DNA of 64,000 nt from Candidatus Colimorpha enterica (GTDB lineage: Bacteria; Bacillota; Clostridia; Oscillospirales; CAG-272): assembly GCA_000433515.1 (NCBI GenBank), contig FR891099.1, positions 397 through 64,396 of the forward strand, given 5' to 3'. Within the stretch, counting starts at the first letter, position 1, and every line of letters starts with the position of its first letter. Under the pieces are notes generated by a model. That model had not been told where the DNA came from, did no database searches, and saw only the letters and a list, made by a program, of their open reading frames with translations. Positions 63,310-64,000 of this stretch are shown one piece after another. A program made the position numbers and the translations under genes.

Positions 63310-63633
63310 TCAGCCGATGTCGAAGGGCTGTGCGTCATCGGTAGGAGCTGCCGAGGACTGGGTCTGGGACTGTTCGTAAGCGTCCTTGACGGCTTTGAAC
63401 AGTTCGGCGCGGGTATCCGCGTTCGTGGGATGGACGATGTCGATGTGCTTGGTTTCGCCGGTTGAAGTGTCTTTCCACTTATCTGCGGGCATGGAAAGGA
63501 AAAGACCGTTCTTGCCCTCGATGAGCTTCAGTCCGTGGATAGCGAGACTGCCGTCTGCGGTCACATCGACAATTGCCTTGATCGTCGGGGACACATCCTT
63601 CTTGACGATCCGTGCGGTAAAGGTCATTTGCAT
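63310..63633 (-). CDS. SpoVG-like protein (locus 2)
   Basis: ..KAIVDVTADGSLAIHGLKLIEGKNGLFLSMP.. Occupies the same position ahead of the pilin genes as in locus 1. Confidence 0.65.
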   Translation of the reverse strand: MQMTFTARIVKKDVSPTIKAIVDVTADGSLAIHGLKLIEGKNGLFLSMPADKWKDTSTGETKHIDIVHPTNADTRAELFKAVKDAYEQSQTQSSAAPTDDAQPFDIG

Positions 63634-63766
63634 CTGCCTCCTTTCTTCGTGATAATATCTTCGTCGGCGATTTACGGATTCACGTCATTTCATACCGCCG
63701 AATACAAAAGTGTAATTTCAGCTTCAAATAAAATATGAAAAGTGTATTTTATTTGAATGATTTCTA

Positions 63767-63795
63767 TTGAAAAGTGTAAGAATATATGCTATAAT
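63767..63795 (+). promoter_or_regulatory. consensus-like sigma-A promoter for the rightward ATPase gene
   Basis: TTGAAA, a 17-nt spacer, then TATAAT. The 11-nt TGAAAAGTGTA occurs twice (63735 and 63768). Confidence 0.5.
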
Positions 63796-63827
63796 AGGTG
63801 CGAACAATGCAGATGGGAGAGAACACT

Positions 63828-64000
63828 ATGCTTTATCGAAAAATAGAATCGTTTATCAGAAACCATTTGGAGTCAAAGAACAACAAAATTCTTTTGATTG
63901 AAGGAGCCCGCCAGATAGGAAAAACCTATATTATCCGCAAGGTATCCAAGGAGTTGTTTCCTAATTACATCGAAATCAACTTTGTTACGGATGCTGCCGG
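63828..64000 (+). CDS. AAA-type ATPase (DUF4143-like family), 5' part only; runs off the right edge
   Basis: MLYRKIESFIRNHLESKNNKILLIEGARQIGKTYIIRKV.. contains a Walker A motif. GGGAGA lies upstream. An in-frame ATG also occurs at 63807. Not in the track because there is no stop. Confidence 0.65.
   Translation, partial: MLYRKIESFIRNHLESKNNKILLIEGARQIGKTYIIRKVSKELFPNYIEINFVTDAA

Larger units (their letters stand above)
54194..64000 (-). mobile_element. element B: integrase/excisionase module fused to a partial second Tad locus (degenerate ICE remnant?); continues beyond the right edge
   Basis: The int-xis module abuts the tRNA core. Composition is visibly more GC-rich than element A. tadC is truncated at the junction. 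No T4SS or relaxase genes occur in this part. Confidence 0.4.

Noticed and set aside
57429-63465. Long ORFs 57429..58076(-), 58174..59325(+), 59322..60176(+), 61673..62500(+) and 62641..63465(+)
   Set aside because: They lie in alternate or antisense frames of clearly homologous Tad genes in GC-richer DNA. Their R/G/V/D-rich translations are typical of GC-driven shadow ORFs.
1-64000. CRISPR arrays, rRNA genes, prophage structural genes, toxin-antitoxin pairs
   Set aside because: No regularly spaced repeat array, rRNA-like sequence, capsid, tail or terminase signature, or obvious TA pair was seen while reading intergenic regions and the ORF translations.

Overview
This 64-kb window is almost entirely coded on the minus strand. 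It looks like Clostridia-type (Oscillospiraceae/Lachnospiraceae-like) accessory DNA. All family calls come from motifs read by eye and recalled family hallmarks; no searches were run.

Layout, left to right:
- (1) 1-5.3 kb: two large secreted surface proteins. One carries a clear C-terminal dockerin. Its neighbour, which runs off the left edge and is missing from the ORF track, has a tentative cohesin-like module and a Big_2 module.
- (2) 5.5-9.6 kb: a signalling cluster with a polytopic pseudo-kinase, a histidine kinase, a NarL/LuxR response regulator and a separately transcribed receiver-like protein.
- (3) about 10.5-51 kb: a Gram-positive conjugative element.
  - T4SS genes: CHAP hydrolase, VirB4, PrgI, VirB6-like, Maff2-like and VirD4-type coupling protein.
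  - DNA processing: MobC plus relaxase with a candidate oriT, and PcfB.
  - A run of DNA-processing and possible anti-defence genes that includes a 2793-aa polyvalent protein (ArdC-like / MutS-I-like / N6-MTase / SNF2).
  - A complete Tad/Flp-like pilus operon headed by a SpoVG-like gene, and parAB.
- (4) 51.5-53.1 kb: an IS1182-family element inserted in a terminator hairpin, with a 21-bp duplication.
- (5) about 54.1 kb: a 3' fragment of a tRNA-Ser-like gene with a terminator, flanked by TTCTAA direct repeats. This looks like an att junction.
- (6) 54.3-64 kb: a visibly more GC-rich second element. It has an HTH gene, a tyrosine integrase and an excisionase, joined directly to a truncated tadC and a second, diverged Tad locus with three pilin paralogues.

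Most interesting observations:
- A TnpV-family ORF with its own Shine-Dalgarno sequence lies in the +1 frame inside the polyvalent gene, exactly where the main frame encodes a low-complexity linker.
- The duplicated ICE-borne Tad systems share an EGYV(D/S) pre-helix motif across seven small proteins.
- About 450 nt of non-coding sequence upstream of parA looks structured.

No CRISPR array, rRNA gene or intact tRNA gene was seen.
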